IMG/VR virus record: IMGVR_UViG_3300031951_000003 | Location: 62,001-126,000 of that record | Length of the DNA stretch: 64,000 nucleotides | Strand: one strand, 5' to 3' | Shown: one piece after another, positions 20,113 to 29,911 of the stretch | Layout of the letters: each line of letters begins with the position of its first letter | Numbering within the stretch: position 1 is the first letter of the stretch | Program-made: the position numbers and the translations under genes | The notes under the pieces: generated by a model | What the model saw: only the letters and a program-made list of their open reading frames with translations | Told to the model about the DNA's origin: nothing | Database searches by the model: none

Positions 20113-21740
20113 TGATAACAGTTGGTTATTCAAGCAGAGAACACAAGCCTGAATTTATAGAATATTTAAAAAAGTCATCAGGATACAAAAAAATTAACGT
20201 TATTGAAAAAATAAATAACGGAGAAAAATCATTGGCTCAAGTTTATAACGAAATTCTGAAAGAATCAGAAACTGATATTATCGTATTTTGTCATGATGAC
20301 ATTTATTTCGATACAAACTCCTGGTATTCCAAAATCACTAAACATTTCGAAAAAACCGACTATGGTATTATCGGTATGGCAGGAACAACATCTATGCCCG
20401 CGAGTGGAAAATGGTGGGAGGATAGAAGAAAAATGATAGGAATTGTTAATCACGAAAGTGGAGGAAAAAAATGGGAATCAAAATACTCGGAATCAATTGG
20501 TAGTTCGGTGACTCCTGTGATTGTCTTGGACGGTGTTTTCATTGCTGTCAGTAAAAGTCGAATTAAGAAAAACTTCAATGAAGAATTCGAAGGATTTCAT
20601 TTCTATGATATCCCATTTTGTTTTGAAAACTTTATGGAAGGTGTTAAGATTGGAGTAATCACAAATATAAGAATAACTCACAAATCAATCGGTGCCACCA
20701 ATGACCAATGGGAAAAAAATAGACAGTTATTCGAAACCAAATACAGCCAAAACCTACCTGTCAAAATACCATATGATACTCAAAGAAAAATTAGAGTTTT
20801 ATTGAGTTGTTTATTTTTTAAAACTTTTACCGGTTCTGAATTATACGTTTATGAATTAGCACAAAAATTACAAAAATTGGGTTGTGATGTTACAATCATG
20901 TCTCAAATAGGTGGAGTGTTAACCGATATGGCAAAAAGACAAGGTATCAAGGTTATAAGTTTCGAACAAGCGCCTGGTTTTAAATTGGGTGACGGGAAAT
21001 GGGGATTTACAACGGAAAAAGGATTTCAACCTTCTACACCAAATATGATGTATAGAGTTACAGAGGCGCCATTCGATATTATTCATATGCAACACAAACC
21101 TGTTGCGGAAAGGATGATTCAATTCTATCCTGAGGTTGAAAAAGTTTATTCGATACATTCTGAAGTCATTGAATTAGAAAATCCAATCAAACATGAATCT
21201 ATAAAAAAATACATTGCAATCAGACCTGAAATAAAAAATTATATGATTGAAAATTTTCAGATTTCTGAAAATGAGATTGAAGTGATTTATAACCCTATAG
21301 ATGAAAACAAATTTGTTACTAAGAATGTAAAAAAAGAAAACGCGATATTGTTTGTTGGGACTATAGATTATCTTAGAAGAGAAACAATAATGGATTTGAT
21401 TGACTACACAAAAGAAAATGAAAAGGAACTTTGGATTGTTGGAGAGGATAAATCGAATTATCTTCCACAAATTCTTTTGAATTCACACGTCAAGCATTTC
21501 CCACCAACTTGGAATGTTGAAAGTTTTATAAATAGATGTTCAGAGACAGCCGGAATACAATTGGGTAGAACAACAATAGAGGGTTGGTTATGCCAGAAAC
21601 CAGGTTGGATATATAAGGTAGATTCGAATGGATTTATTATTTCTAAAGAACTTTATCAAGTTCCCGATGACGTTGAGAAATACCACAGTAGTAAAGTAAG
21701 TGAAAAAATAAAAAATATATACAGAGAAGTTTTATCATGA
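20112..21740 (+). CDS. Fused glycosyltransferase (GT2-like N-terminal plus GT4-like C-terminal)
   Basis: DIIVFCHDDIYF and FHFYDIPFC in the N-terminal half; TGSELYVYELA and ILFVGTIDYLR in the C-terminal half. Confidence 0.8.
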   Translation: MITVGYSSREHKPEFIEYLKKSSGYKKINVIEKINNGEKSLAQVYNEILKESETDIIVFCHDDIYFDTNSWYSKITKHFEKTDYGIIGMAGTTSMPASGKWWEDRRKMIGIVNHESGGKKWESKYSESIGSSVTPVIVLDGVFIAVSKSRIKKNFNEEFEGFHFYDIPFCFENFMEGVKIGVITNIRITHKSIGATNDQWEKNRQLFETKYSQNLPVKIPYDTQRKIRVLLSCLFFKTFTGSELYVYELAQKLQKLGCDVTIMSQIGGVLTDMAKRQGIKVISFEQAPGFKLGDGKWGFTTEKGFQPSTPNMMYRVTEAPFDIIHMQHKPVAERMIQFYPEVEKVYSIHSEVIELENPIKHESIKKYIAIRPEIKNYMIENFQISENEIEVIYNPIDENKFVTKNVKKENAILFVGTIDYLRRETIMDLIDYTKENEKELWIVGEDKSNYLPQILLNSHVKHFPPTWNVESFINRCSETAGIQLGRTTIEGWLCQKPGWIYKVDSNGFIISKELYQVPDDVEKYHSSKVSEKIKNIYREVLS

Positions 21741-22447
21741 TTATTCTAACCACCACTTTTAACTGCGAACAATTCATTGAAAGGTGTTTGTTGAGTATAA
21801 TGGGTCAAAAATTCAAAGATTTTATATGTTACATAACTGATGATTTATCTACGGATAAAACTAGAGAAATCATCAAAAGGACTATATCTGACGACCCAAG
21901 GTTTATTCTTATTGAAAATCATATCAAGTTTTATCAACCAGGCAACTACGACCAAATAATAAGATGGAGAGGTATTGAAGGGGAAGAAATCTGTGTTGAG
22001 ATTGATGGAGACGATTGGTTACCAAACTCACAAGTTCTGTCCAATATTGCAAAAGTCTATGAAGATAAAAATGTTTGGATGACAAGTGGTTCGTTCAAGT
22101 ATCATGACGGAAGACCAGGTTTTGCAAATCCACCTACGACAAATGTAGATGTAAGAAAACAAGTTTTCACCCTTTCTCACATGAGAACATGGAAATCTTG
22201 GCTTTGGAAAAAAATTGACGAAAAAGACTTGAGAGACGACAAAGGTAACTATTGGGATGTTGCTGGTGACCTATCTTTTATGTTTCCGATGTTTGAAATG
22301 TCAGGTATGGAACATTATAGATTTTTGACCGACATAAATTATATTTACAATGAATCTAACCCACTCAATGACCATAAAGTCAATATGAACAAGGTTATTG
22401 AAACGGTCAATAAAATCAGAAACAAAACCCCCTACACAAAACTATGA
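21737..22447 (+). CDS. GT2 family glycosyltransferase
   Basis: ILTTTFNCEQFIERCL, DDLSTDKT and VEIDGDDW. Confidence 0.85.
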   Translation: MIILTTTFNCEQFIERCLLSIMGQKFKDFICYITDDLSTDKTREIIKRTISDDPRFILIENHIKFYQPGNYDQIIRWRGIEGEEICVEIDGDDWLPNSQVLSNIAKVYEDKNVWMTSGSFKYHDGRPGFANPPTTNVDVRKQVFTLSHMRTWKSWLWKKIDEKDLRDDKGNYWDVAGDLSFMFPMFEMSGMEHYRFLTDINYIYNESNPLNDHKVNMNKVIETVNKIRNKTPYTKL

Positions 22448-23091
22448 GTTTTGATTCAAGTATAGAAAACATTATTTTGGAAATTAACCAAACAAAAAAA
22501 ATAGACAACATCCTCCACATCGGAGCGTGTTTAGGTGAAGAAGTAACTTTTTACAACAGACTCAATCCAAAAAAAGTTTACTGGTTCGAACCAAACCCAA
22601 AACTATTGAGCCAATTAGAAAAAAACCTTGCAGGATATAATTTTGAAAACTCATTATTTCCCTATGCGGTAAGCAATAAGAAAGGAGTTGCTAGTTTCAA
22701 CATAATTGAAAACACATCGAAAACAAACCCAGGATGTTCATCCCTTCAGGATTTGAAAATCCACTTGGAACTTTATCAAGATATACAGAAAGTTGATACT
22801 TGCCAAGTTAATACAATCAACATAGATGAATTCATTTCTGAAAATAATTTAGAGTCTAATTTCGATTTAGTCAGTCTTGATACACAAGGACATGATTTTG
22901 AAATACTTAATTCGAGTGAATTAATTTTTAATGCGAATATAATAGTAATTGAGACGGCTAAAGTAGAATTATACGAAGGTCAGAAAATTGACACAGAAAT
23001 AGATTCATTAATGGAGTCCAAGGGATTTCATAAAAAATACTATCACCAATTTCATAGTGTTTGGGGTGATACTCTATATGTAAAAAATTAA
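22444..23091 (+). CDS. FkbM family SAM-dependent methyltransferase
   Basis: LHIGACLGEE, WFEPNP and LDTQGHDFEIL. Confidence 0.85.
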   Translation: MSFDSSIENIILEINQTKKIDNILHIGACLGEEVTFYNRLNPKKVYWFEPNPKLLSQLEKNLAGYNFENSLFPYAVSNKKGVASFNIIENTSKTNPGCSSLQDLKIHLELYQDIQKVDTCQVNTINIDEFISENNLESNFDLVSLDTQGHDFEILNSSELIFNANIIVIETAKVELYEGQKIDTEIDSLMESKGFHKKYYHQFHSVWGDTLYVKN

Positions 23092-23092
23092 A

Positions 23093-23923
23093 GTGATGTC
23101 GAATTTAATATCAGCACACCTTATGGGTGGATTAGGAAATCAATTGTTTGAGGCTGCACACGCTTTAGCTCAAGGCTGGAAACACAACAGAGAGGTAAAA
23201 TTCTTTCCTGATTCTTGGACACCAGGTCAAGGGAGAAATGCTAAAAATTACATCGATAACGTATTCAGAAACTTGGAATTTTCAGATAAGATTGAAGGTT
23301 TTACACACGTATATGAAGGACCTTTCGAGTATTCTGAAGTGAATCCACTGGAAACCAATACCTCATTCTATGGATACTATCAAAGTTCCAAAAATTGGTT
23401 TGGATACGATGAAAAAATAAGAGATATTTTTCAACCTAACCCTGAATTGGTCGAAGAAATGAAATTAAAATATCCTCAATTATCCCAACCAAATACTTTA
23501 TCTCTCCACGTCAGAAGAAGTGAATATCTTCAATTCCCTGAGATTCACCCAACAATTAGTTTAGAGTATATTCAAGAAGCTCTAAAAGTAATTGGGGAAT
23601 ACTCAACAGTATTTGTTTTCAGTGATGACCACGATTTTGTTAAACAAAATTTAAATTTTCCAAGTGTAGTTTATGTAAATGAGTCTGAGGATTGGAGAGA
23701 ATTATACTTAATGGGACTCTGTCAAAATCACATAATATCAAACTCCACTTTTTCATGGTGGGGTGTATTTTTGAACAAAAACTTAAATAAAAAAATTGTC
23801 GCCCCATCTCGTTGGTTCGGTCCTAAAGGTCCTAATGCAAAGGATATCTACGAATCTTACTGGCACACTATAAATTGTGATTGGGTTGAGGGTGGAAGAT
23901 TAATTCCTCTAAAAAATGATTAA
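23093..23923 (+). CDS. GT11 alpha-1,2-fucosyltransferase-like protein
   Basis: GGLGNQLF, LHVRRSEY and HIISNSTFSWW signature motifs. Confidence 0.9.
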   Translation: MMSNLISAHLMGGLGNQLFEAAHALAQGWKHNREVKFFPDSWTPGQGRNAKNYIDNVFRNLEFSDKIEGFTHVYEGPFEYSEVNPLETNTSFYGYYQSSKNWFGYDEKIRDIFQPNPELVEEMKLKYPQLSQPNTLSLHVRRSEYLQFPEIHPTISLEYIQEALKVIGEYSTVFVFSDDHDFVKQNLNFPSVVYVNESEDWRELYLMGLCQNHIISNSTFSWWGVFLNKNLNKKIVAPSRWFGPKGPNAKDIYESYWHTINCDWVEGGRLIPLKND

Positions 23924-24548
23924 TACAAGTCCAAACAGCGAATCTTGTCAAATATCTGACGTAAAAAAAATTGTTACATCTCGAAACTTCAAATTGGATG
24001 GTGATGTAATTGAATTTGGAACTTTCACAGGTGGGAGCACCAAAGTCCTTTCAGGTCTTTTCCCCGATAAAACCATCTTCACAATAGACCATTTTCAAGG
24101 GTTAGAAAAAACAAACAAAAACGTTCCTAAAGATAGTGATTGGATTGAGAGAGCATTTGCTTTGGACAATCCTTTGTATAAACATATTTCTAGTGTTCCA
24201 AAATCTATAGAAGAACTTAAAAATAGATTCAAAGGTCATAATAATATCGAAATGATTATATCGGATATCCATGACTTAACTGAACCTTCGGATTATAATA
24301 TCTCAAAAATTTCCATATGTAACCTTGATGTTGACATTTATGAACCAGCAGTTTCTTCATTAGAGTTTTTAACAAAATGCGAATGGTCCGAGATATTCAT
24401 CAGGTTTGACGATTGGCACGGAGGTGAATCCGAATACGACCAACATGAACGTTTAGCATTCGTAGAGTGGATTGAAAAATATAAATATGATTTCCAAATA
24501 ACTCACGGTGGTTATATAGGTGGGGTCCACGTAAAAAGAGCAAGATGA
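23916..24548 (+). CDS. TylF/MycF-like sugar O-methyltransferase (copy 1)
   Basis: VIEFGTFTGGS, DHFQGL, LDVDIYE and FDDW. Confidence 0.75.
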   Translation: MINTSPNSESCQISDVKKIVTSRNFKLDGDVIEFGTFTGGSTKVLSGLFPDKTIFTIDHFQGLEKTNKNVPKDSDWIERAFALDNPLYKHISSVPKSIEELKNRFKGHNNIEMIISDIHDLTEPSDYNISKISICNLDVDIYEPAVSSLEFLTKCEWSEIFIRFDDWHGGESEYDQHERLAFVEWIEKYKYDFQITHGGYIGGVHVKRAR

Positions 24549-25153
24549 ACAACTCAAACCTTTCATGTAAATTAGAAATTTTAAAAGAGATATCGAAAAA
24601 ATATTCTCTAATTGGTGATGTTTTGGAGTTTGGAACTTGCACTTGTCAAAGTGCAATCCAACTTGCCACAATGTTTCCTGACAAAACAGTATTCACAATT
24701 GACCATTTTCAAGGACTTGGAAAAAGTTCCAAACCATTACCATCCTCAAGTGATTGGAGGGAAGGTTCTTTTGCGTTGGGTGCATGGAACGCAAAAGGTT
24801 GCGAGTTTCCAAAAACAATAGATGAGGCCCTGCAAAAACTATCAAGTAAGCCAAATATAAAACCAATTATCTCAGATATTCACAAATTAACACATCCATC
24901 AGATTACGGAATCGGAAAAATTTCTATATGTAATGTTGATGTAGACATATATGAACCAACGGTATCATCACTCGAATTTTTGTTAAAATGTGAATGGTCA
25001 GAGGTTTTCATAAGATTTGATGATTGGCATGGTGGGAATTCTGAATATGACCATCACGAAAGGCAGGCCTTCAACGAATGGATAAATAAACATAATCTCC
25101 AATTTGAATTAACCCATAATGGGACTTATGGTGGAGCATATATTAAAAGATAA
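24545..25153 (+). CDS. TylF/MycF-like sugar O-methyltransferase (copy 2)
   Basis: VLEFGTCTCQS, DHFQGL, VDVDIYE and FDDW; close paralogue of the upstream gene. Confidence 0.75.
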   Translation: MNNSNLSCKLEILKEISKKYSLIGDVLEFGTCTCQSAIQLATMFPDKTVFTIDHFQGLGKSSKPLPSSSDWREGSFALGAWNAKGCEFPKTIDEALQKLSSKPNIKPIISDIHKLTHPSDYGIGKISICNVDVDIYEPTVSSLEFLLKCEWSEVFIRFDDWHGGNSEYDHHERQAFNEWINKHNLQFELTHNGTYGGAYIKR

Positions 25154-25156
25154 AAA

Positions 25157-25990
25157 ATGGAAAAAAAATTAATCAGGAAAGTATCAGATTGGTGGGGTGA
25201 ATATGATTGTTCATCAAACCGCAACATGCCAAAGTATATACAATGGCTATCTAGAGAAACTGAAACACCACACGAAGTTAGTGTATATGTTGATAACTAC
25301 ATTAAAGATTGGGGATTCAATGACCCATCAAGAGAAAAAATTGGATGGTTACTCGAATCACCACAGATGAATGAGCACACAATCAAATATCTCTTAGATA
25401 ATATTGACAAAACAAGGGAACATTATAAGTGGATATTCACTTGTATGGATAGTCTTGTCGAAATGGGTGCACCATTTGTTTACAATATATCAAATGCGGT
25501 TCCTTGGATTTGGGAAAGAAATAGAATGATACACCCAAAAACTAAACTTGTATCCATGATTGCATCCAATAAAGGATGGTTGAGGGGTCACCAAAACAGA
25601 CTACAATGGGTTGAGAGATTGAAAGATAAAGTGGACCTATTCGGTTCAGGCAGACCCCACCAAATAAACGATAAAGAGGATGGATTGAGAGATTATATGT
25701 TTTCAGTCTCAATTGAAAATGATAATTCTGACACATACTTCACAGAGAAACTTACAGATAATTTTGTTATGGGAACTGTCCCTGTATATTATGGTTCGAG
25801 GAAGGTCGTTGAGAAATACTTCGACCCAACAGGAGTAATATTCTTGGAGGATGACCCCGACTTGTCAAGTTTAACTGTAGAAAAATATCAGTCCATGATG
25901 CCCGCAATTGAAAGAAATTTCAAGAAAGCGTTGGAATTACCACTAGCAGAAGATTACATGTGGGAAAACTATCTTAAAAATTTATTCTAA
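25157..25990 (+). CDS. GT10 (alpha-1,3-fucosyltransferase)-like protein
   Basis: DYMFSVSIEN...YFTEKL...GTVPVYYG is the GT10 C-terminal motif. Confidence 0.75.
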   Translation: MEKKLIRKVSDWWGEYDCSSNRNMPKYIQWLSRETETPHEVSVYVDNYIKDWGFNDPSREKIGWLLESPQMNEHTIKYLLDNIDKTREHYKWIFTCMDSLVEMGAPFVYNISNAVPWIWERNRMIHPKTKLVSMIASNKGWLRGHQNRLQWVERLKDKVDLFGSGRPHQINDKEDGLRDYMFSVSIENDNSDTYFTEKLTDNFVMGTVPVYYGSRKVVEKYFDPTGVIFLEDDPDLSSLTVEKYQSMMPAIERNFKKALELPLAEDYMWENYLKNLF

Positions 25991-26805
25991 TGAAATATCT
26001 TGTTTTAGGCTCCGAAGGACAAATCGGAATGGAATTATGTAAATTCCTCAGAAACAAAGGGGAAACAGTAATAGAATTTGATAACGCTAAAATACCCAGT
26101 CAAGATTTAAGAATACCAAATATCATTGATGATTTGGTGATGGAATCTGATTTTGTGATGTTCTTGGCTTTTGATGTTGGTGGTTCAAGATATTTGAAAA
26201 AATATCAACACACATATGAATTTATTGAAAATAATACAAAGCTAACACTATACACTTTTGAAAGTTTGAAAAAACATAACAAACCTTTTATATTTGCATC
26301 ATCACAAATGGCAAATATGTCATATTCACCATATGGAGTTTGTAAAAGTTTAGGTGAGATTTTCTCAACTGCACTGAATGGAGTCACAGTCAAGTTTTGG
26401 AACGTGTATGGACCTGAACATGATTTGGAAAAATCACACGTTGTGACTGATTTCATATTAAAGGCTAAAAAAGGTCAAATTACAATGATGACCGATGGAA
26501 CAGAAGAAAGACAGTTTTTACATGCTGAGGATTGTTCAAATTGTTTGTATATTCTTTCACAAAAATATAATGAGATTGATAGGTCAAAAAACCTACACAT
26601 AACAAATTTTGAATGGAATACAATTTTAGAAGTTGCAAATATTATTCGTGAGACAATTCCTTGTGAAGTCATTCCTTCAACCGAAAAAGATTCTGTTCAA
26701 CTTAATAAAAAGAACGAACCCGACCCTTACATATTGAATTTTTGGAAACCTGAGATATCCTTGAAAGAGGGTATCAATAAAATTATAAATGAAATGACAA
26801 ATTAG
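25990..26805 (+). CDS. NAD-dependent epimerase/dehydratase (SDR)
   Basis: GSEGQIG Rossmann motif, ASS, YGVCK, FWNVYGP. Confidence 0.85.
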   Translation: MKYLVLGSEGQIGMELCKFLRNKGETVIEFDNAKIPSQDLRIPNIIDDLVMESDFVMFLAFDVGGSRYLKKYQHTYEFIENNTKLTLYTFESLKKHNKPFIFASSQMANMSYSPYGVCKSLGEIFSTALNGVTVKFWNVYGPEHDLEKSHVVTDFILKAKKGQITMMTDGTEERQFLHAEDCSNCLYILSQKYNEIDRSKNLHITNFEWNTILEVANIIRETIPCEVIPSTEKDSVQLNKKNEPDPYILNFWKPEISLKEGINKIINEMTN

Positions 26806-26806
26806 T

Positions 26807-27907
26807 ATGAAACAAAAAAAAGTAGTTGTTTTAGGTGGTGGAGGATTCATAGGGGGGCATTTGGCTAAAAGATTAAAAGAAGAAGGATGTCACGTTAGAA
26901 TATGTGATATAAAAAAACATGAATACTTTTTCCAAGATGAAATATGTGATGAATTTATTTTGGGTGATTTGACTGACCCAAAGGTTGTGGAATTGGTAAT
27001 CGAAGAAGGTGTTGACGAAATTTATCAGTTAGCTGCAGATATGGGGGGTGCTTTGTATATTTTCACAGGAGAACACGATGCAGATGTAATGTATAACTCA
27101 GCAATGATTAATCTCAATGTTGCAAGAGAATGTGTTAAGAAAAAAGTAGGAAAGGTTTTTTACTCTTCTTCTGCTTGTATGTATCCCGAGCACAATCAAT
27201 TAGACCCCAACAATCCAAATTGTGAAGAATCTTCAGCATATCCTGCAAATCCAGATTCGGAATACGGATGGGAAAAGTTATTCTCAGAGAGAGTATTCCT
27301 TTCATTTCATAGAAACTATGGACTCAATGTTAGAATAGCAAGATTTCATAATATTTTTGGACCTCAAGGAACTTGGAAAGGGGGTAGAGAAAAATCACCC
27401 GCAGCGATGTGTAGAAAAGCTGCAGAATCAAAAGACGGTGATGAGATAGAGGTTTGGGGAGAGGGTAATCAAACCCGTTCATTTCTTTATGTAGACGAAT
27501 GTGTAGAAGCTGTGTTAAGATTAATGAAGTCTGACTTTACCGGACCTGTCAACATAGGAAGTGAAGAAATGGTTTCAATCAACGAATTAGCAATTCTAGC
27601 AATCAATATTTCAGGTAAGAAATTAAAAGTCAAAAATATTGCAGGTCGAGAGTTTGAAAAAAAATACGGTTTCAAGTGTCCGTTGGGTGTTAAGGGAAGA
27701 AACTCAGACAACAAGTTATATAGAGAAAAAATTGGATGGGAAGTTAGTCAACCTTTAGAAGTTGGTATAAGAAAAACATATCAATGGATTAAATCTCAGG
27801 TTGATGACTATGAGACACAAACCCCTTGGATATATGAAACACCTGACAATGGTAAAACAGTTTATAGAAGAGAAATAAACAATCCAATTAGAAAAAAAAT
27901 TAAATAA
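26807..27907 (+). CDS. GDP-mannose 3,5-epimerase-like nucleotide-sugar epimerase
   Basis: GGGGFIGGH, LAADMGG, YSSSACMYP, YGWEK and REKSPAAMCRK are characteristic of the GME clade. Confidence 0.8.
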   Translation: MKQKKVVVLGGGGFIGGHLAKRLKEEGCHVRICDIKKHEYFFQDEICDEFILGDLTDPKVVELVIEEGVDEIYQLAADMGGALYIFTGEHDADVMYNSAMINLNVARECVKKKVGKVFYSSSACMYPEHNQLDPNNPNCEESSAYPANPDSEYGWEKLFSERVFLSFHRNYGLNVRIARFHNIFGPQGTWKGGREKSPAAMCRKAAESKDGDEIEVWGEGNQTRSFLYVDECVEAVLRLMKSDFTGPVNIGSEEMVSINELAILAINISGKKLKVKNIAGREFEKKYGFKCPLGVKGRNSDNKLYREKIGWEVSQPLEVGIRKTYQWIKSQVDDYETQTPWIYETPDNGKTVYRREINNPIRKKIK

Positions 27908-27908
27908 A

Positions 27909-28295
27909 ATGATAAATGTCCCTGTTAGTGTCGGAGAGTTAATTGATAAACTTTCCATCCTTCAAGTAAAAAAGACAAAAGTAAAAAATACAGAAAAACT
28001 TGAATACATCAAAAAGGAATTCGAGTTACTTTACAACTTGTCTTCAGAATATTTGAACGATATGACAATTGAAAATTTATACCACGATTTGGTAAACACA
28101 AACTCAAATCTGTGGGAAATTGAGGATAGACTCAGAGTTTTGGAACTTGAAAGTAAATTCGAGGGTGAGTTTATAGATTTGGCTAGAAAAGTGTATATCA
28201 CAAACGACAGAAGATTCGAATTGAAAAACGAAATCAATTCAATCACTTCATCTGAAATAAGAGAAGTAAAAGAATATGTGAACTACAAAAGATAA
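27909..28295 (+). CDS. DUF6165-like protein
   Basis: VPVSVGELIDKLSILQVK...LWEIED...VYITNDRR...K. Confidence 0.75.
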   Translation: MINVPVSVGELIDKLSILQVKKTKVKNTEKLEYIKKEFELLYNLSSEYLNDMTIENLYHDLVNTNSNLWEIEDRLRVLELESKFEGEFIDLARKVYITNDRRFELKNEINSITSSEIREVKEYVNYKR

Positions 28296-28311
28296 AAATT
28301 AAATTTATACA

Positions 28312-29046
28312 ATGGCAAAAACGACGAGAAAGTTGAGTGGAACGACCGCTCAGAGAGATGAGGCACAAATAAAAACAAAGAAAGACTTAATTTGTTCGAT
28401 AGTAAAAAAGAAAACCAAACAAAAATTTTTATCTGAAAATCAAAAAATATATTACGACACACTTTTAAATAATCAAATTACAATCTGTTCAGGACCAGCA
28501 GGTGTTGGTAAAAGTTATGTTGCAATGAAATGTGCAATAGACTTACTTTCTGACCCTCTAACTCCTTTCGAAAAGATTATCATCGTCAGACCGGCGGTGG
28601 AGGCAGAAGAAAAATTAGGTAGTTTACCTGGTGGCGTTGAAGAAAAGTTAGACCCATACATTTTTCCATCATACTATCTTTTGAATAAAATAATAGGTAA
28701 AGAGACGAGAGAAAAACTTAAGGAAGCTGAAGCTATTGAGGTCTTTGCATTAGCTTATATGAGAGGTATGAATATTGATAATTCAATACTCATTTTCGAA
28801 GAAGCTCAAAACTCAACTCCGAGTCAAATGAAATTATTATTGACAAGAATAGGATTCAATTCGAAATTTTTCATATCAGGGGATTTGGAACAATTTGACA
28901 GACATAAAGATAAAACACAAACAGGTTTATGGGACGTGATTAGAAGATTCGATGACATTGAAGATGTTGGCATTTTCGAATTCAAACCTTATGATGTAGT
29001 TAGAAATCCATTGATTTCGAAAATATTAAAAAAATACGAACAATGA
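28312..29046 (+). CDS. phoH: PhoH family ATPase
   Basis: GPAGVGKS P-loop, RPAVEAEEKLGSLPG, YMRG, EEAQN, LLTRIG and GDLEQ. Confidence 0.95.
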   Translation: MAKTTRKLSGTTAQRDEAQIKTKKDLICSIVKKKTKQKFLSENQKIYYDTLLNNQITICSGPAGVGKSYVAMKCAIDLLSDPLTPFEKIIIVRPAVEAEEKLGSLPGGVEEKLDPYIFPSYYLLNKIIGKETREKLKEAEAIEVFALAYMRGMNIDNSILIFEEAQNSTPSQMKLLLTRIGFNSKFFISGDLEQFDRHKDKTQTGLWDVIRRFDDIEDVGIFEFKPYDVVRNPLISKILKKYEQ

Positions 29047-29636
29047 GAATTGGAATCGAAATAAATGGAGTTTTAAGAGACACCTTAAAAAAGATTCAAG
29101 AAGTTTATGAGAAGTGGTTTATAGAAAATCGTTTCGATGATGACGAAGAACCTAAAGGTGAAGTTTTTTCAGAATTGAATTCCTTAGAAATTATGAAACA
29201 TCTTAAATTTAAAGATGAAGATGAATTATATAATTTCTTATACAAAGAGTATACTATGGAAATATTCGGTCATGCCGGTTCTAAGGAATATAACGGTATG
29301 AATGATTTTAATGATTTTTATTTGGACATGAGAGAAGAACATGATATTATTGTTGTTTCTGACGAAATAGGAAAATCGAAACCAGCTTCTTTATTTTTTC
29401 TATCCAAGTTCGGATGTCTTACAGAAAACGTCAAATTTTATAGTGAATCTACAATAAATTATCTTTGGGACAGCGTAGACGTTTTACTTACTGCAAATCC
29501 AAACCTATTATTAAATCATCCTTCTAATGTGGAAGTCATTAAATATGAAACGTCATACAATAAGGATATAAATACAAACCATTCAATTCAGTCGATAGGA
29601 GAATTGAAATCAAAATTGAACAAACTTTATGATTAG
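29043..29636 (+). CDS. HAD-fold 5'(3')-deoxyribonucleotidase-like protein with a degenerate catalytic motif
   Basis: MRIGIEINGVLRD in place of the canonical IGIDIDGVL. Confidence 0.55.
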   Translation: MRIGIEINGVLRDTLKKIQEVYEKWFIENRFDDDEEPKGEVFSELNSLEIMKHLKFKDEDELYNFLYKEYTMEIFGHAGSKEYNGMNDFNDFYLDMREEHDIIVVSDEIGKSKPASLFFLSKFGCLTENVKFYSESTINYLWDSVDVLLTANPNLLLNHPSNVEVIKYETSYNKDINTNHSIQSIGELKSKLNKLYD

Positions 29637-29910
29637 TGTTTTAGGTGAAACTTATTATATCGATTTGGATAAAGTCGAAAATTATTTAGACATGTCCAAT
29701 GATGAAAACTACGAGCCACTTTCAGGAACATCTGAAATGAGAATAAATGTTATTAAATTTGAACTCATAAAATTATTATTAGAAACTGTTCTATCAGAAC
29801 AGGAACCTCTCGAAGATAAGTTAGGTTTAAACAATCCGAAGAACGTTAGTATACCGTTCAAATTGGCATTTAATACCTTACTAAACAAAAAATTAATAAA
29901 TCATTATTGA
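29629..29910 (+). CDS. Hypothetical protein (93 aa)
   Basis: Coupled ORF in the operon. Confidence 0.65.
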   Translation: MISVLGETYYIDLDKVENYLDMSNDENYEPLSGTSEMRINVIKFELIKLLLETVLSEQEPLEDKLGLNNPKNVSIPFKLAFNTLLNKKLINHY

Positions 29911-29911
29911 T

